Origin: a virus
Taxonomy: Duplodnaviria > Caudoviricetes
Length of the DNA: 43,345 nucleotides
Strand: one strand, 5' to 3'
Virus record (IMG/VR): IMGVR_UViG_3300009678_000085
Location: 1-43,345 of that record
Below are positions 26,558 to 34,932 of this stretch, piece by piece. Within the stretch, counting starts at the first letter, position 1. Every line of letters starts with the position of its first letter. The notes under the pieces were generated by a model. It was given only the letters and a program-made list of their open reading frames with translations, had not been told where the DNA came from and made no database searches. The position numbers and the translations under genes were made by a program.

Positions 26558-26649
26558 GATACTTCCACTCTCGTGTAGGTGATGGCGGTTCCAGTCTGGA
26601 TTACGTACACCATCCCAGAGGCCAGACTAAGTAGAATAGGCGCAGTCAT
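26548..26649 (-). CDS. Possible 33-aa peptide (MTAPILLSLASG...)
   Basis: Fills the gap between two structural genes. Confidence 0.3.
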   Translation of the reverse strand: MTAPILLSLASGMVYVIQTGTAITYTRVEVSWP

Positions 26650-26650
26650 T

Positions 26651-27175
26651 CTAGTAGGTAGTCGAATGGTAGTACGCAATGGTGAAGTTCACTGTACAGC
26701 TCGTGCTAACATCCAGAGTCAGCGGATCACTTAGCGCCGACCGTAGCAAATACCACCCGGTAGGAGCCCCAAAGAACATGGTCGTATTGGCTAGCGATCG
26801 GAAGGTGAAAATCTTCGTGCTGCCAACAATCCCGGTATAGATGTTGACTACCGTCGTGGACGAGACAGATACCGAAAGCCATCCAACGATTAGGCGCTGC
26901 CCTGTGGCAGCAGTGCCTATCGTCGTACCTGATCCAGATGTTACCGCTACCTCATTTGCACTCTGAATAGCCTGCCCAGGAGGGGAAACACGAACGGAGA
27001 GGCCATAGGTTCCAGAGCCACCTTGGTTCACGCTGTAGACCGGCGCAATATCCGTAGCAGCCGCACCAGTAAGCTGAATCCGCTGCCGCTTTACCGTGTT
27101 TGAGCCTACTGTAAGGCTCTCTGCGTCGAGGTTGGTGTTAGTACCCTCGTTTACACCAATTGTACTGTCTGCCAT
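26651..27175 (-). CDS. Putative beta-rich virion structural protein
   Basis: Thr/Ser/Val-rich; position. Confidence 0.55.
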   Translation of the reverse strand: MADSTIGVNEGTNTNLDAESLTVGSNTVKRQRIQLTGAAATDIAPVYSVNQGGSGTYGLSVRVSPPGQAIQSANEVAVTSGSGTTIGTAATGQRLIVGWLSVSVSSTTVVNIYTGIVGSTKIFTFRSLANTTMFFGAPTGWYLLRSALSDPLTLDVSTSCTVNFTIAYYHSTTY

Positions 27176-27894
27176 TAGTATTGCCTGTACCCAAAGCCCA
27201 GGTCGCCCATCCGCCTACCCATCGTATTCGAGGCCGGGATGCCCGAATTACGACTCGGCACGATCACTTGATCCTCTGGTGCAACTCGGTTCTTGTCCTC
27301 TCGGATCTTCGTCTCCAGATTCTCGTTAGCCATCTGACCCATCGGGAGAGCCTTTTCGACATCACCGAGATACCTCAGCGCCCTGGCCGTCACCATGTCC
27401 TCTATGATCTGGGAGTAGTTGATGAGGAAGGTGTTGGTGCTGCTATCCGTGATGAGCGTAGCTGGGTACTCCCAGACGCGCACCTCGACTGGATAGTCCT
27501 CGTCCGGCGTTGGCAGCAGACGGTAGTTGTCGCCCGACGATCGAGCCCACACACGCGGGCGACCAGTCGAAGCGGAGACGGGAAAAGCGTACGTCCGCTG
27601 GAAGTCGCTTAGCTCTTCCAGCGGTACGTACTCGCTGTTCTCGTCGAGTCCTGCAATTAGGATTCTGGAATAGTCCTTGAAGAACTCCGAGTTCGGAGCC
27701 TGATAGACTGCTATGTCGGCTGTCAGCGTCGCCCGGTAGATGGCGAACATCTGCTGCCAGTTGTAGCGGTGGCAGATCTCTTCGCGGATGGCCTGGTTGA
27801 TCCAGCGATCAACGTGCGTCGACTCGACCGACGGCCCGCCCGTCCGGTCGACGTTCGAGATGATTGCCTCTCTGAGGGTTTGGAGGTCCGCCAC
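27175..27894 (-). CDS. Head-tail adaptor (tubular protein A-like)
   Basis: LQTLREAI..RWINQAIREE..TGRPRVW..LLPTPD..Y. Confidence 0.7.
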   Translation of the reverse strand: MADLQTLREAIISNVDRTGGPSVESTHVDRWINQAIREEICHRYNWQQMFAIYRATLTADIAVYQAPNSEFFKDYSRILIAGLDENSEYVPLEELSDFQRTYAFPVSASTGRPRVWARSSGDNYRLLPTPDEDYPVEVRVWEYPATLITDSSTNTFLINYSQIIEDMVTARALRYLGDVEKALPMGQMANENLETKIREDKNRVAPEDQVIVPSRNSGIPASNTMGRRMGDLGFGYRQY

Positions 27895-28012
27895 TCATTC
27901 CACCCGTGGGCAAGTTTGCCCGTGATCTACCTCTGCCCTGGTAGTACGAGCGCATGAAGCGATCTGCTAGCAGCCGACGCTTCCGCTCCGCAGCTTCAGC
28001 ATCGAGATCCAC
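27809..28012 (-). CDS. Possible small hypothetical protein
   Basis: GTG abuts the upstream stop, but the ORF overlaps the adaptor start by 86 nt. Confidence 0.35.
   Translation of the reverse strand: MDLDAEAAERKRRLLADRFMRSYYQGRGRSRANLPTGGMSGGPPNPQRGNHLERRPDGRAVGRVDAR
27908..27921. promoter_or_regulatory. Palindromic site 14 GGGCAAGTTTGCCC
   Basis: 13 nt upstream of the adaptor start. Confidence 0.85.
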
Positions 28013-28318
28013 TTACTGCTTCGTCCCCCAGCCACGCATGATCTTGCGGATGCCCTCACGCCCGACGCCGTAGTTGTCCTGATTGGACGCGCCATGCTTC
28101 GGCGTGGTGGCTTCCACTTCCTTGGTCAGCGAAACCTCACGAGGCTTCGGCATGTCCATCGGCTTCAGCCCACCGTAGACGCAGTCCTGCTTGCGGGGGG
28201 ACGAGACAAGCCCGGCCCCCCGCGCACGCTGACGCGACTCGATGAAGTTGGTGGTACCGAAGTTCCCGGTCTTGCCGTCCCCGTGGGTCGGAGAAACCAG
28301 TCGGCTCTTGTAGGCCAT
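28013..28318 (-). CDS. Small basic hypothetical virion-module protein
   Basis: Abuts its neighbours exactly. Confidence 0.65.
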   Translation of the reverse strand: MAYKSRLVSPTHGDGKTGNFGTTNFIESRQRARGAGLVSSPRKQDCVYGGLKPMDMPKPREVSLTKEVEATTPKHGASNQDNYGVGREGIRKIMRGWGTKQ

Positions 28319-28897
28319 TTAGCTCGTGACCACCTGAACCCGACCGACCGTGTTCGGCCCCATGACCTTCGCCCAGGCCGTACCCGACGTAGCCGGATTC
28401 TGATTGGCAAAATAGTCGAACGTAAAGCAAGAGAAGAAGAATCCGCCTCCTGCACCCGAAGCTGTAGTCGTGCCAACCACGAGCTGCTCGCCGGGATTGA
28501 AGACGAGATCGTTGCCAGCAGCAGGAACGTTGACACCGAAGTAACGGTACGTCACGTCACCAATGGCAGACGCTACAGCCGTTCCACCTTCTGCAGGTGT
28601 CGTGGTGAAGTTAATGGTCATCGTACCGAGGGTCACCGCGTTGGTGTTCACCCCTCTCCGACGCCACTTGTACGCCGTGACCACCGCCGCAGGAGTGGTA
28701 ACTGCCGTGGTCGTCAGGAAGCCGATATATCGCAGCGTTCCCTGCATCAGCACCGTGCGCGAATACGGAAACGCCGTGATCGACTGCAGAGACGCAACGA
28801 CAGGAACCGACCCCGGAACCGTAGTACCGGCATTGGTGGTCGTAGTTCCAGCTTCCCAGTTCTCGATGCTGGTTACGCCGTGTAGTTGGTCAAACAT
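28319..28897 (-). CDS. Putative capsid decoration/cement protein
   Basis: Directly after the MCP; Thr/Val/Gly beta-rich. Confidence 0.55.
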   Translation of the reverse strand: MFDQLHGVTSIENWEAGTTTTNAGTTVPGSVPVVASLQSITAFPYSRTVLMQGTLRYIGFLTTTAVTTPAAVVTAYKWRRRGVNTNAVTLGTMTINFTTTPAEGGTAVASAIGDVTYRYFGVNVPAAGNDLVFNPGEQLVVGTTTASGAGGGFFFSCFTFDYFANQNPATSGTAWAKVMGPNTVGRVQVVTS

Positions 28898-29920
28898 TCA
28901 GGTGCTCCAGACGCGCACTGCGCGGTTCTCAGGCTCGTAGTTGCTCACGTCGCCTACAGTCCCGTTGAAGGACCAGATCAGCCCGAACCCTACGATACCG
29001 TACCAGTAAAACGCCTTGTCTCGGCCACCGTCGAGAGGAACACCTCGCCGGATCTCTTCAGGGAGAATCACGATCTCCTTCACAACCTCGGTACCAAAGG
29101 CATACATCTCTGCCTTGAACTCGGTGGTACCTAGGAAGTTGGAGAGGATGTGGTTCTCTTCCACGATGCGGAAGCCGTGGAATCGGCCGATCTCACCCGC
29201 GAACAGCCGCTCGGGATCGCCGTACAGAGCCGCGTTGATGAAGTCGGAGTCACGTCTCAGGGCAGAGGCACCGCCCACCGACGTGAGGATCATGTAGTTC
29301 CCGTCGTCGTCGTACGGGGGAACAGGCGATGCGGTCGCCGTGGTGGCAACCGCAGAGAAGGTCGTGATGTAGACGCCCGATGCGAGCGCCTCACGAAGTG
29401 CGATCAGGTCGGTAACGCCGATGCTTCGCGTCGCTGCCTGATCTGTGACGTTGCCGGTCTGGACCTTCCAGTAGAAGGAAGGAGTCGTGGTGCCCTTGGG
29501 GGTGTAGTAGATCTTGGTGTTGGGCCACGGAGCATGGGCCGCACGATTCATGGTCTTCGCCATGTCGTTGATGATCGCGCGGTGAGTGTTGTCGCTTAGA
29601 TTGAACTTGCTAAGCCGCTCCAGCTTCTCCGTGTACGGGATAGAGTTTCCGTACTCCGTCGCGACAACAGAGCCCTGCTTGGTCCGATAACCAGTCTTCG
29701 GGAACGGCTGGTTCTCGTTAAGAGGACCACCTTCCGTATCCACATTGAAGTTCTTGTCGAACAGCAACGTGTTACCACGGTTGGCCCCGAAGTTTTCATC
29801 ACGCTCCGTAAACTGCCGGAAACGCATGATGGGCTGAGCCTGGACATACATATCCATGCTCAACTCTTGGTTAGACCAATAGCCTCCGTACTCGTTGGAG
29901 TACCAAACCTGTCCTGCCAA
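28898..29920 (-). CDS. Major capsid protein (N4-gp56-like family)
   Basis: AQPIMRFRQF, EYGNSI, LFAGEIGRFHGFRIVEEN, EEIR..D.GR...WY..GFG. Confidence 0.85.
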   Translation of the reverse strand: MAGQVWYSNEYGGYWSNQELSMDMYVQAQPIMRFRQFTERDENFGANRGNTLLFDKNFNVDTEGGPLNENQPFPKTGYRTKQGSVVATEYGNSIPYTEKLERLSKFNLSDNTHRAIINDMAKTMNRAAHAPWPNTKIYYTPKGTTTPSFYWKVQTGNVTDQAATRSIGVTDLIALREALASGVYITTFSAVATTATASPVPPYDDDGNYMILTSVGGASALRRDSDFINAALYGDPERLFAGEIGRFHGFRIVEENHILSNFLGTTEFKAEMYAFGTEVVKEIVILPEEIRRGVPLDGGRDKAFYWYGIVGFGLIWSFNGTVGDVSNYEPENRAVRVWST

Positions 29921-29985
29921 GTTACATTACCAACCCCAGAGGCAGCATCGACATCCCTGAACCAGCCCGGTTCCCTATTGGCACA

Positions 29986-30687
29986 TTACGCCGCGTTGTA
30001 CAAGCTGCCGCGACGCTTCGCCACGTTTCCTTGCATCAGCTCATACCGCTCTCTCCGCATCTCTTCGTCCGTCTTGAACTGGGCAGCACTCTGTGGACCG
30101 TCCCGGTACGCCCCCGGCACTGGAGACGCCTGCCCACGCATCTGACGCTCAACGTACTTCTTCTCTTCCTCGACCCGCCGCGCCGTCTCCCACTTCCAGT
30201 CCCGCGTCCACTGGACCGCCTGGTTGATGCGCTGCTCGTTCGTCCAGTGCCGCGCCTCTGGATGCTGGTTTAGGTGATCCATGTAGCCAGAGAGCTTGTC
30301 CTCGAAACCCTGGAGATCAGGGTTCTGGTTCATCACCGTTCGAGCGTAGTTCCGAGCTTCGAGGTCTTGCGCTGTCTGCTTCAGCCGAACGTCGAACTCC
30401 TGCCTCAGCTCCTCGGCGGCTTCCTTCTTCGCAAGCTCCTTGGTCTTCCTAAACGCCTCGATAGGGTCTTCGGCGAAGTCAGCGAAAAAACGCTCTCGGA
30501 CTCGTTCCTTATCTCCGGGGTCGGGGGACTTGGGGGCGGGCGTGGGCAAACTTGCCCGTGCCTTTTCAGCCTCTGCAATACGCTGTTCCAGAATCTGCTG
30601 ATTGCGGACGATGACTTGGTTCCCACGGAGGATTTCCTGAATCATCTCCTCTGCGGAAGGCGTCGGATTAGACTGCTGCGCGGACAT
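29986..30687 (-). CDS. Putative scaffolding protein
   Basis: Charged helical protein just upstream of the MCP; FFADFAEDP. Confidence 0.65.
   Translation of the reverse strand: MSAQQSNPTPSAEEMIQEILRGNQVIVRNQQILEQRIAEAEKARASLPTPAPKSPDPGDKERVRERFFADFAEDPIEAFRKTKELAKKEAAEELRQEFDVRLKQTAQDLEARNYARTVMNQNPDLQGFEDKLSGYMDHLNQHPEARHWTNEQRINQAVQWTRDWKWETARRVEEEKKYVERQMRGQASPVPGAYRDGPQSAAQFKTDEEMRRERYELMQGNVAKRRGSLYNAA
30544..30557. promoter_or_regulatory. Palindromic site 15 GGGCAAACTTGCCC
   Basis: Intragenic (RASLP). Confidence 0.8.
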
Positions 30688-31189
30688 TTCCACTCCTTAG
30701 TGCGCGACGCAGCCGCTCTTGTCGAGCGCCTTCTCCCTGCATCGCAATGCCCTGCAAGCGTGTGATGAGACGCGAAATCTCTTGGTAGATCGCGTGGTTG
30801 AGGTCTTCCTCCTCGCTCATCATGAACTTGCCAAAGGCAACGTCACCAATTGCTTTAATCTGCGGAAGGTACTTCTCTTCCCACCCTGCCGGTGTCAGAA
30901 GGTCTGCGGCGTCGATGAACGACTCCTGCGGATCTGCCTTAACCGTGCGTTCTTTCTTCGCTGCTTCAACACTGCCAAGCGCCTTGCCAATCTCAGCAAG
31001 TGCTTGGATATGCGTTCTAGCCGTCCGCGCGTGGAACGCGCTTTCTGCCCCAGCAATTGTGTTACGGTGTTCCTCGGACTGGCTGGAGAGCTGTTGGGCA
31101 ATAGCGACATGCCAATCATCCGTGGTGCTGTTAGCAGCAAGCTGAATAGCTCCACCCTGGCGAAGCTTCTCTTCTAGGCCACCCATCAA
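30668..31189 (-). CDS. Hypothetical protein
   Basis: 173 aa ORF coupled to its neighbours. Confidence 0.65.
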   Translation of the reverse strand: MMGGLEEKLRQGGAIQLAANSTTDDWHVAIAQQLSSQSEEHRNTIAGAESAFHARTARTHIQALAEIGKALGSVEAAKKERTVKADPQESFIDAADLLTPAGWEEKYLPQIKAIGDVAFGKFMMSEEEDLNHAIYQEISRLITRLQGIAMQGEGARQERLRRALRSGNVRAAV

Positions 31190-31461
31190 TAGTGCCCCTT
31201 TCGCGGGCGCTGGGTGATTCCACGAACACCACCGCCGTACTGCTCGATAGGTGCTCGCAGGTTCTGCTCGTACTGCGAGCTACCCGCAGGACCCATCCCT
31301 GGGTTTCCCCGGAGATGCACGGGCTGCTCGGGAATCACCCGGCCCTTGCGATCGTGGCCACCACGGTAGCCGCCGCTACTCTTCTCTCTGGTAATGTCAT
31401 CCGGTGGAGGCTTCGCTTGCATTCCCAGATTATCGACGCCGTAAACGAGTCCGCGTGGCAT
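31186..31461 (-). CDS. Small Gly/Arg-rich hypothetical protein
   Basis: AGGAG RBS. Confidence 0.6.
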   Translation of the reverse strand: MPRGLVYGVDNLGMQAKPPPDDITREKSSGGYRGGHDRKGRVIPEQPVHLRGNPGMGPAGSSQYEQNLRAPIEQYGGGVRGITQRPRKGHY

Positions 31462-31474
31462 AGCTTCTCCTAGT

Positions 31475-31708
31475 CTACCTGTCGGTTCCTGTCAAATCTT
31501 TAAGGTGTTCGATGTCTTTGGCGGTTTCGATTGCCTGCTTAGCGAGAATCCTAAGATCCTGCTTAATTGCTCTTTGCTCCTGCCTGAACTCTGAGAGGCT
31601 GATTTCCACCCTAGCGGTAAGAAACACAGCAACCGCAGCTAGAACCGCTATGAGTATCCGGTTCAGCCGAACCTTGTTAGAGATATCAAGTTTCTCTTCG
31701 TCGCTCAT
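31475..31708 (-). CDS. Single-TM + coiled-coil protein (possible holin-like)
   Basis: ILIAVLAAVAVFLTA followed by a coiled coil. Confidence 0.45.
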   Translation of the reverse strand: MSDEEKLDISNKVRLNRILIAVLAAVAVFLTARVEISLSEFRQEQRAIKQDLRILAKQAIETAKDIEHLKDLTGTDR

Positions 31709-32106
31709 TTCTTCTTTATCAAAACCGGACTCTCGCCAGGACTCGGACCTACCGTGGGTACCGGGCTCGGCGTCGGAGTCGGCGAAGGCGTAGGCTGTGG
31801 CGTCGGCGTCGGGATGTTCGCCTCGTTGTGGAGCTTGCTGTACACCCCGTTGATTACCTGTTTGACCTGGGTCTGCTGTGCCGGGGTGATGTCATTCCAC
31901 ATATCCTGAGCGCCCACTTCTCGCATGAGCCCCTGCTCGTCGTAGGTACGGTAGCTCGCCAGGAAGCTCGGATCGCCCGTTTGCTTCCTAATGCAAACTT
32001 GCACATCCTCCATCCTGTTCTCGGTGCGTGTGACGGTTATAGCGAGAGCTGGACCTACGACGAGTAATCCGCTCAAAGTAACGACTAGCTTCTTAACAAA
32101 GGGCAT
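31705..32106 (-). CDS. Signal-peptide protein with PT-rich tail
   Basis: MPFVKKLVVTLSGLLVVGPALA; PTPTPQPTPSPTPTPSP. Confidence 0.65.
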   Translation of the reverse strand: MPFVKKLVVTLSGLLVVGPALAITVTRTENRMEDVQVCIRKQTGDPSFLASYRTYDEQGLMREVGAQDMWNDITPAQQTQVKQVINGVYSKLHNEANIPTPTPQPTPSPTPTPSPVPTVGPSPGESPVLIKKK

Positions 32107-34081
32107 TGACATTCCCCACCTGAATCCAGTCACCAATAGACGCCATAAAGAGCAGAGTGATCGAATCACAACGATCAAGATCAATCGTTGCTGCACTGAG
32201 CTGGGTATTGGAATCATCAGCAAACGTGATGGTCTGTGCTGCTGTCTCGTCGATGTTCACAATATACAGCAGTTGCCCGTCCGCACCATCGGTGATGGCT
32301 GTAGCACCACTATCAATAGGATCAGTAGTCGCGGTAACCTGCACGATCGTAGCACTAGGCGTTATCGTAAATTCATCTGCGAGAGCCTGTGTAATAGGTG
32401 GGTAGGCTTCAGAACCAGCATTACGAACACCCACCGTCGTAGCCGGTGTAGATCCCCTAGTCGGACGCTGAACATCAACACCAAACTGATTCGTAATCTG
32501 TGGAGTACCATTGATCGCCGGGTCCATGGCAAAAAATCCACGAAATGAAGTTATGTTCAGTTGTCCTGCTGTCTCAGTAAATATCGGATTGGCCACAAAG
32601 CTAGATGGAGCGGTTATGGCAAAGATGCCGCCAGCATCCGTATTGCGGTATATGGTATTATCCTCGAACGGCTTAGACAGGGACATTGTTCCTGTCCCTG
32701 ATGTCGCCGAATAATCGACGGTAATACCAGATCGAAAAACAGCCGGAGTCGGGGGTACCTTGGCGGCCGCCGTTGCAGTCAGCAACGCCGTGGCGTTGAA
32801 CAGTGACCAAGAGGACGCCTGGGTGCCAGCACCTGATACCGTGAACGTTCCGCCGCCTTCAACACCTGTGTAGGTGTTGATGATGACGCCCGAAGCATCG
32901 TCGTAATTGTAAGTGGGAGCGATACTGAGCCCACGCACGATGGAGGTTCCACCAGCTATCCCGGTGACAGATATGGTCGGGTCCCACTTCCCACCGACCG
33001 CCACGCTGCTGTCTACTGGATCAACGATCCCATCTGACCATTCCCACTCTGTCGCGAGCCCGAAGTAAATGGTGCCCTTCGTAGGGTTGGATGTACTCTC
33101 CAGTACGAGAAGCTCACCTGACGCCGTTCCACCATAAAGGATCTGTCCACCCGCACCTGTACGACCCGCAAGGAGCGCGTACTGGGTATGGTCGTCAGCA
33201 GTTAGGCCCGTCAGGCTTGCATGTGGACGAGTGCCTATCTGGGTGATGTCGGTAAGCGTAAGAGTGTCTGGAATTTGCGCATCCGTAGCCGACCCCGAAA
33301 TATCCGTAAACGCTGGCTGCGAACAATCGAGCACGAAGTCAGCATCAATTCCCTTCGCCCATCTACTGGCCGTGCAATCTGACGCAACTGCAGGCATCAG
33401 CGTCGCTTCAAGCTCGCCTGTCCCAAAGAAGCCAGTCGCAGAGTCGCCTGTCATAGCAACGACAGCCGAGCCTGCCGTGGTGACGGTGATGCTGTTTGGC
33501 ACGTCGGCATCGGTAAGCAGCACGTCGACCCAGTTGGTGCCGTTGAACTGCAAGAAGTCGCCGCTCGCTGCCGTGGCGGTCGAGACATCGGTTAGATCGT
33601 CGAGCGCACCGCCACCACCTCCAGTAAGATCGGTGTCGTCGATCCAGTTGGTGCCGTTGTACTTCAACACCGCTCCGGTTGCTGGAGAAGTGATAATAAC
33701 GTCGCTCAGGTCATCCAGTAGATTTGGGATGACCATACCACCACTGTCGCACTGCATCTGATTGAACGAATCAATCACCAGTCTGTCGTCAGGGTCTATA
33801 CAGGAGCCAACGGTGGGGTAGACAGCGGTCGCGTCGTCGAAGAAGAACTCCACCCGGTCTGGAACGGTGAGCAGGGTTCCTACCCCACCACCGTTCTGCA
33901 GGTCGACGATCAGCCCTGTCGTCGGGCTACCGACATCAACCGTGAACGTGTTGATCTCGTTCGTGCTGGACGGATCTCCCCCTCCGCCTCCACCGCCCCC
34001 TCCACCCTGGTAGCCAGAGGCGTGGGCAAAATTGCCCGCGAAGATGAGCAGGAGAAAGAGAGCTAGACTTCCTGGCCCCAC
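32093..34081 (-). CDS. Tail fibre/spike-like protein with signal-peptide-like N-terminus
   Basis: Two LDDL.DV...L.(Y/F)NGTNW repeats, HASLTGLTADDHTQY motif, Gly10 run. Confidence 0.7.
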   Translation of the reverse strand: MGPGSLALFLLLIFAGNFAHASGYQGGGGGGGGGGDPSSTNEINTFTVDVGSPTTGLIVDLQNGGGVGTLLTVPDRVEFFFDDATAVYPTVGSCIDPDDRLVIDSFNQMQCDSGGMVIPNLLDDLSDVIITSPATGAVLKYNGTNWIDDTDLTGGGGGALDDLTDVSTATAASGDFLQFNGTNWVDVLLTDADVPNSITVTTAGSAVVAMTGDSATGFFGTGELEATLMPAVASDCTASRWAKGIDADFVLDCSQPAFTDISGSATDAQIPDTLTLTDITQIGTRPHASLTGLTADDHTQYALLAGRTGAGGQILYGGTASGELLVLESTSNPTKGTIYFGLATEWEWSDGIVDPVDSSVAVGGKWDPTISVTGIAGGTSIVRGLSIAPTYNYDDASGVIINTYTGVEGGGTFTVSGAGTQASSWSLFNATALLTATAAAKVPPTPAVFRSGITVDYSATSGTGTMSLSKPFEDNTIYRNTDAGGIFAITAPSSFVANPIFTETAGQLNITSFRGFFAMDPAINGTPQITNQFGVDVQRPTRGSTPATTVGVRNAGSEAYPPITQALADEFTITPSATIVQVTATTDPIDSGATAITDGADGQLLYIVNIDETAAQTITFADDSNTQLSAATIDLDRCDSITLLFMASIGDWIQVGNVNALC
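34024..34037. promoter_or_regulatory. Palindromic site 16 GGGCAAAATTGCCC
   Basis: Intragenic (AGNFAH). Confidence 0.8.
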
Positions 34082-34500
34082 ACCGTACCCCTGATGGCAG
34101 TGATGCCGCTGGTAGCCGTTGCAGAGAAGATGACTCTTAAGGTGTTGTCATTTGCCGCCGAGATGATGCCTTCTCTAAAGTCTTCTTGAAATACGCCGTA
34201 GTCTTTGCCTACAGCCTCTGCTGCGTTACCTACTACGCCTATACAGGCAATGACCCTGGTCGCAATGGTGTTGTCGCACAGCAGCGCCATCGCCCCGACC
34301 GTAGCCCCAGCGTAAACCGTCGTGACCACCATCCGTAGGTTGCAGCCCTTCAGGATGAACTTCTTACCTACGGCTGGAGTCCAGAGGTTTACCGTCACGT
34401 TGGATGCAGCAAAAGAAAGATCAGTCTCAACCTCCTTGAATACGTCACTGTAGAGGCTGAGGCTGTAAAACGAGTCTGAGCTACCGGCAAAGGTCGGCAT
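34063..34500 (-). CDS. Putative virion structural protein
   Basis: LWTPAVGKKFIL..AANDNTL beta-rich pattern. Confidence 0.55.
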   Translation of the reverse strand: MPTFAGSSDSFYSLSLYSDVFKEVETDLSFAASNVTVNLWTPAVGKKFILKGCNLRMVVTTVYAGATVGAMALLCDNTIATRVIACIGVVGNAAEAVGKDYGVFQEDFREGIISAANDNTLRVIFSATATSGITAIRGTVWGQEV

Positions 34501-34932
34501 CTACTTCTCCTCGTGGATCACGATGTCCGTGCTTGAAGACGCTATGCAGGTAAACCCTACCCTATACAGCGCCCTGTCGGCAGTATAGGCAGGGAGTGAT
34601 GCGTCCAGCATGGCAAAGGCGGCTGAAGCCGAACAGGTCGACGGGTTTTGGCCCTCGCCGAGGTACCGGGTTAAGCAGACGTAGACCGTGTTTGTCGTGT
34701 TTTTGCTTCGGAAAGTGATGCTGTTCCAACTGTTTCCGGTCGAGATCAGCGTACTTCCGGTTCCGCACGTAACCGTCCTTCCAGCCGGATACTGCCCCTG
34801 GAACTCCTGTACCTCGTCTGGATAGCCCCTGCTGTTGTCAGGAGACTGAGCATTAGCGAGTTTAGCCCAAAGGGCTAAACCTGCTAAACTCGCTATAATC
34901 CTAGTAGCCGCCAGAGCCTTCAACTTGTCCAA
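34501..34932 (-). CDS. Signal-peptide-like, Cys-containing beta protein
   Basis: Likely TTG start after GGAG; IIASLAGLALWAKLANA-QS; four Cys. Confidence 0.55.
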   Translation of the reverse strand: MDKLKALAATRIIASLAGLALWAKLANAQSPDNSRGYPDEVQEFQGQYPAGRTVTCGTGSTLISTGNSWNSITFRSKNTTNTVYVCLTRYLGEGQNPSTCSASAAFAMLDASLPAYTADRALYRVGFTCIASSSTDIVIHEEK

